DNA of 64,000 nucleotides from Escherichia coli (GTDB lineage Bacteria; Pseudomonadota; Gammaproteobacteria; Enterobacterales; Enterobacteriaceae): NCBI RefSeq assembly GCF_003991155.1, contig NZ_CP031295.1; one strand, 5' to 3'. Shown piece by piece: positions 63,733 to 64,000 of this stretch (position 1 is its first letter; each line of letters starts with the position of its first letter). The notes under the pieces were generated by a model. It saw only the letters and a program-made list of their open reading frames with translations, ran no database searches and was not told where the DNA came from. The position numbers and the translations under genes were made by a program.

Positions 63733-64000
63733 GCGCACGTTCACAGGCACTGGTTCCTCTCAGCACAGAGCAACAGGCCGCATGGCGGGCGGTGGCGGAG
63801 ACCGAAAAACGCCGCCATCAGGGTAACACGCTGGCTGAATATCCGTATGCGGGGGCGTTTTTCCGCTGTCTGAACGGAAGCCGCAGGATATCGCTGTCTG
63901 ACCTGCGATTTTTCATGCCGTCCCTGACCGCAGAAGAACTGCACGGCAACCGTCTTCAGTGGCTGTATGCCATCGATGTGCTGATTGAAACACAGGGCGA
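63729..64000 (+). CDS. psiA: plasmid SOS inhibition protein PsiA (3'-partial, runs off window)
   Basis: [53 protein letters not shown]...; overlaps psiB stop. Confidence 0.85.

Overview
This 64 kb window reads as a segment of an F-like (IncFII + IncFIB) ColV/ColBM-type Escherichia coli virulence-resistance plasmid. All calls are from reading the sequence and recalled protein families; no database search was run. From left to right: an IncFII repA1 replicon and pemIK addiction module; a mosaic resistance region (truncated IS1, Tn2/Tn3 tnpA remnant, three IS26 copies plus a partial fourth, a Tn1721 fragment carrying tetR(A)-tetA(A)-pecM, and a Tn4352-like aph(3')-Ia unit); an arsenic-resistance remnant (arsH', arsR, arsP); then a roughly 14 kb block of defence-like genes (17.6-31.7 kb). 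That block holds an OLD-family ATPase-TOPRIM gene, a Rad50/RloC-like ABC ATPase with a CxxC hook, vapBC, a small ORF coupled to a TIR-like-domain protein, a ribbon-helix-helix gene translationally coupled to a KAP P-loop NTPase, and a ResD-like tyrosine recombinase. The most likely undescribed systems are the RHH-KAP operon (25918-29236) and the TIR-like pair (24689-25868). Downstream are the colicin M and colicin B loci, a colicin V locus cut by IS1, resD and the RepFIB replicon, sitABCD, crcB, shiF-iucABCD-iutA (aerobactin), sopABC partition and the start of the conjugative leading region (ssb, psiB, psiA). Caveat: the two Tn1721 tnpA copies, pecM and one IS26 copy carry many small indels, which may be genuine decay or assembly error.
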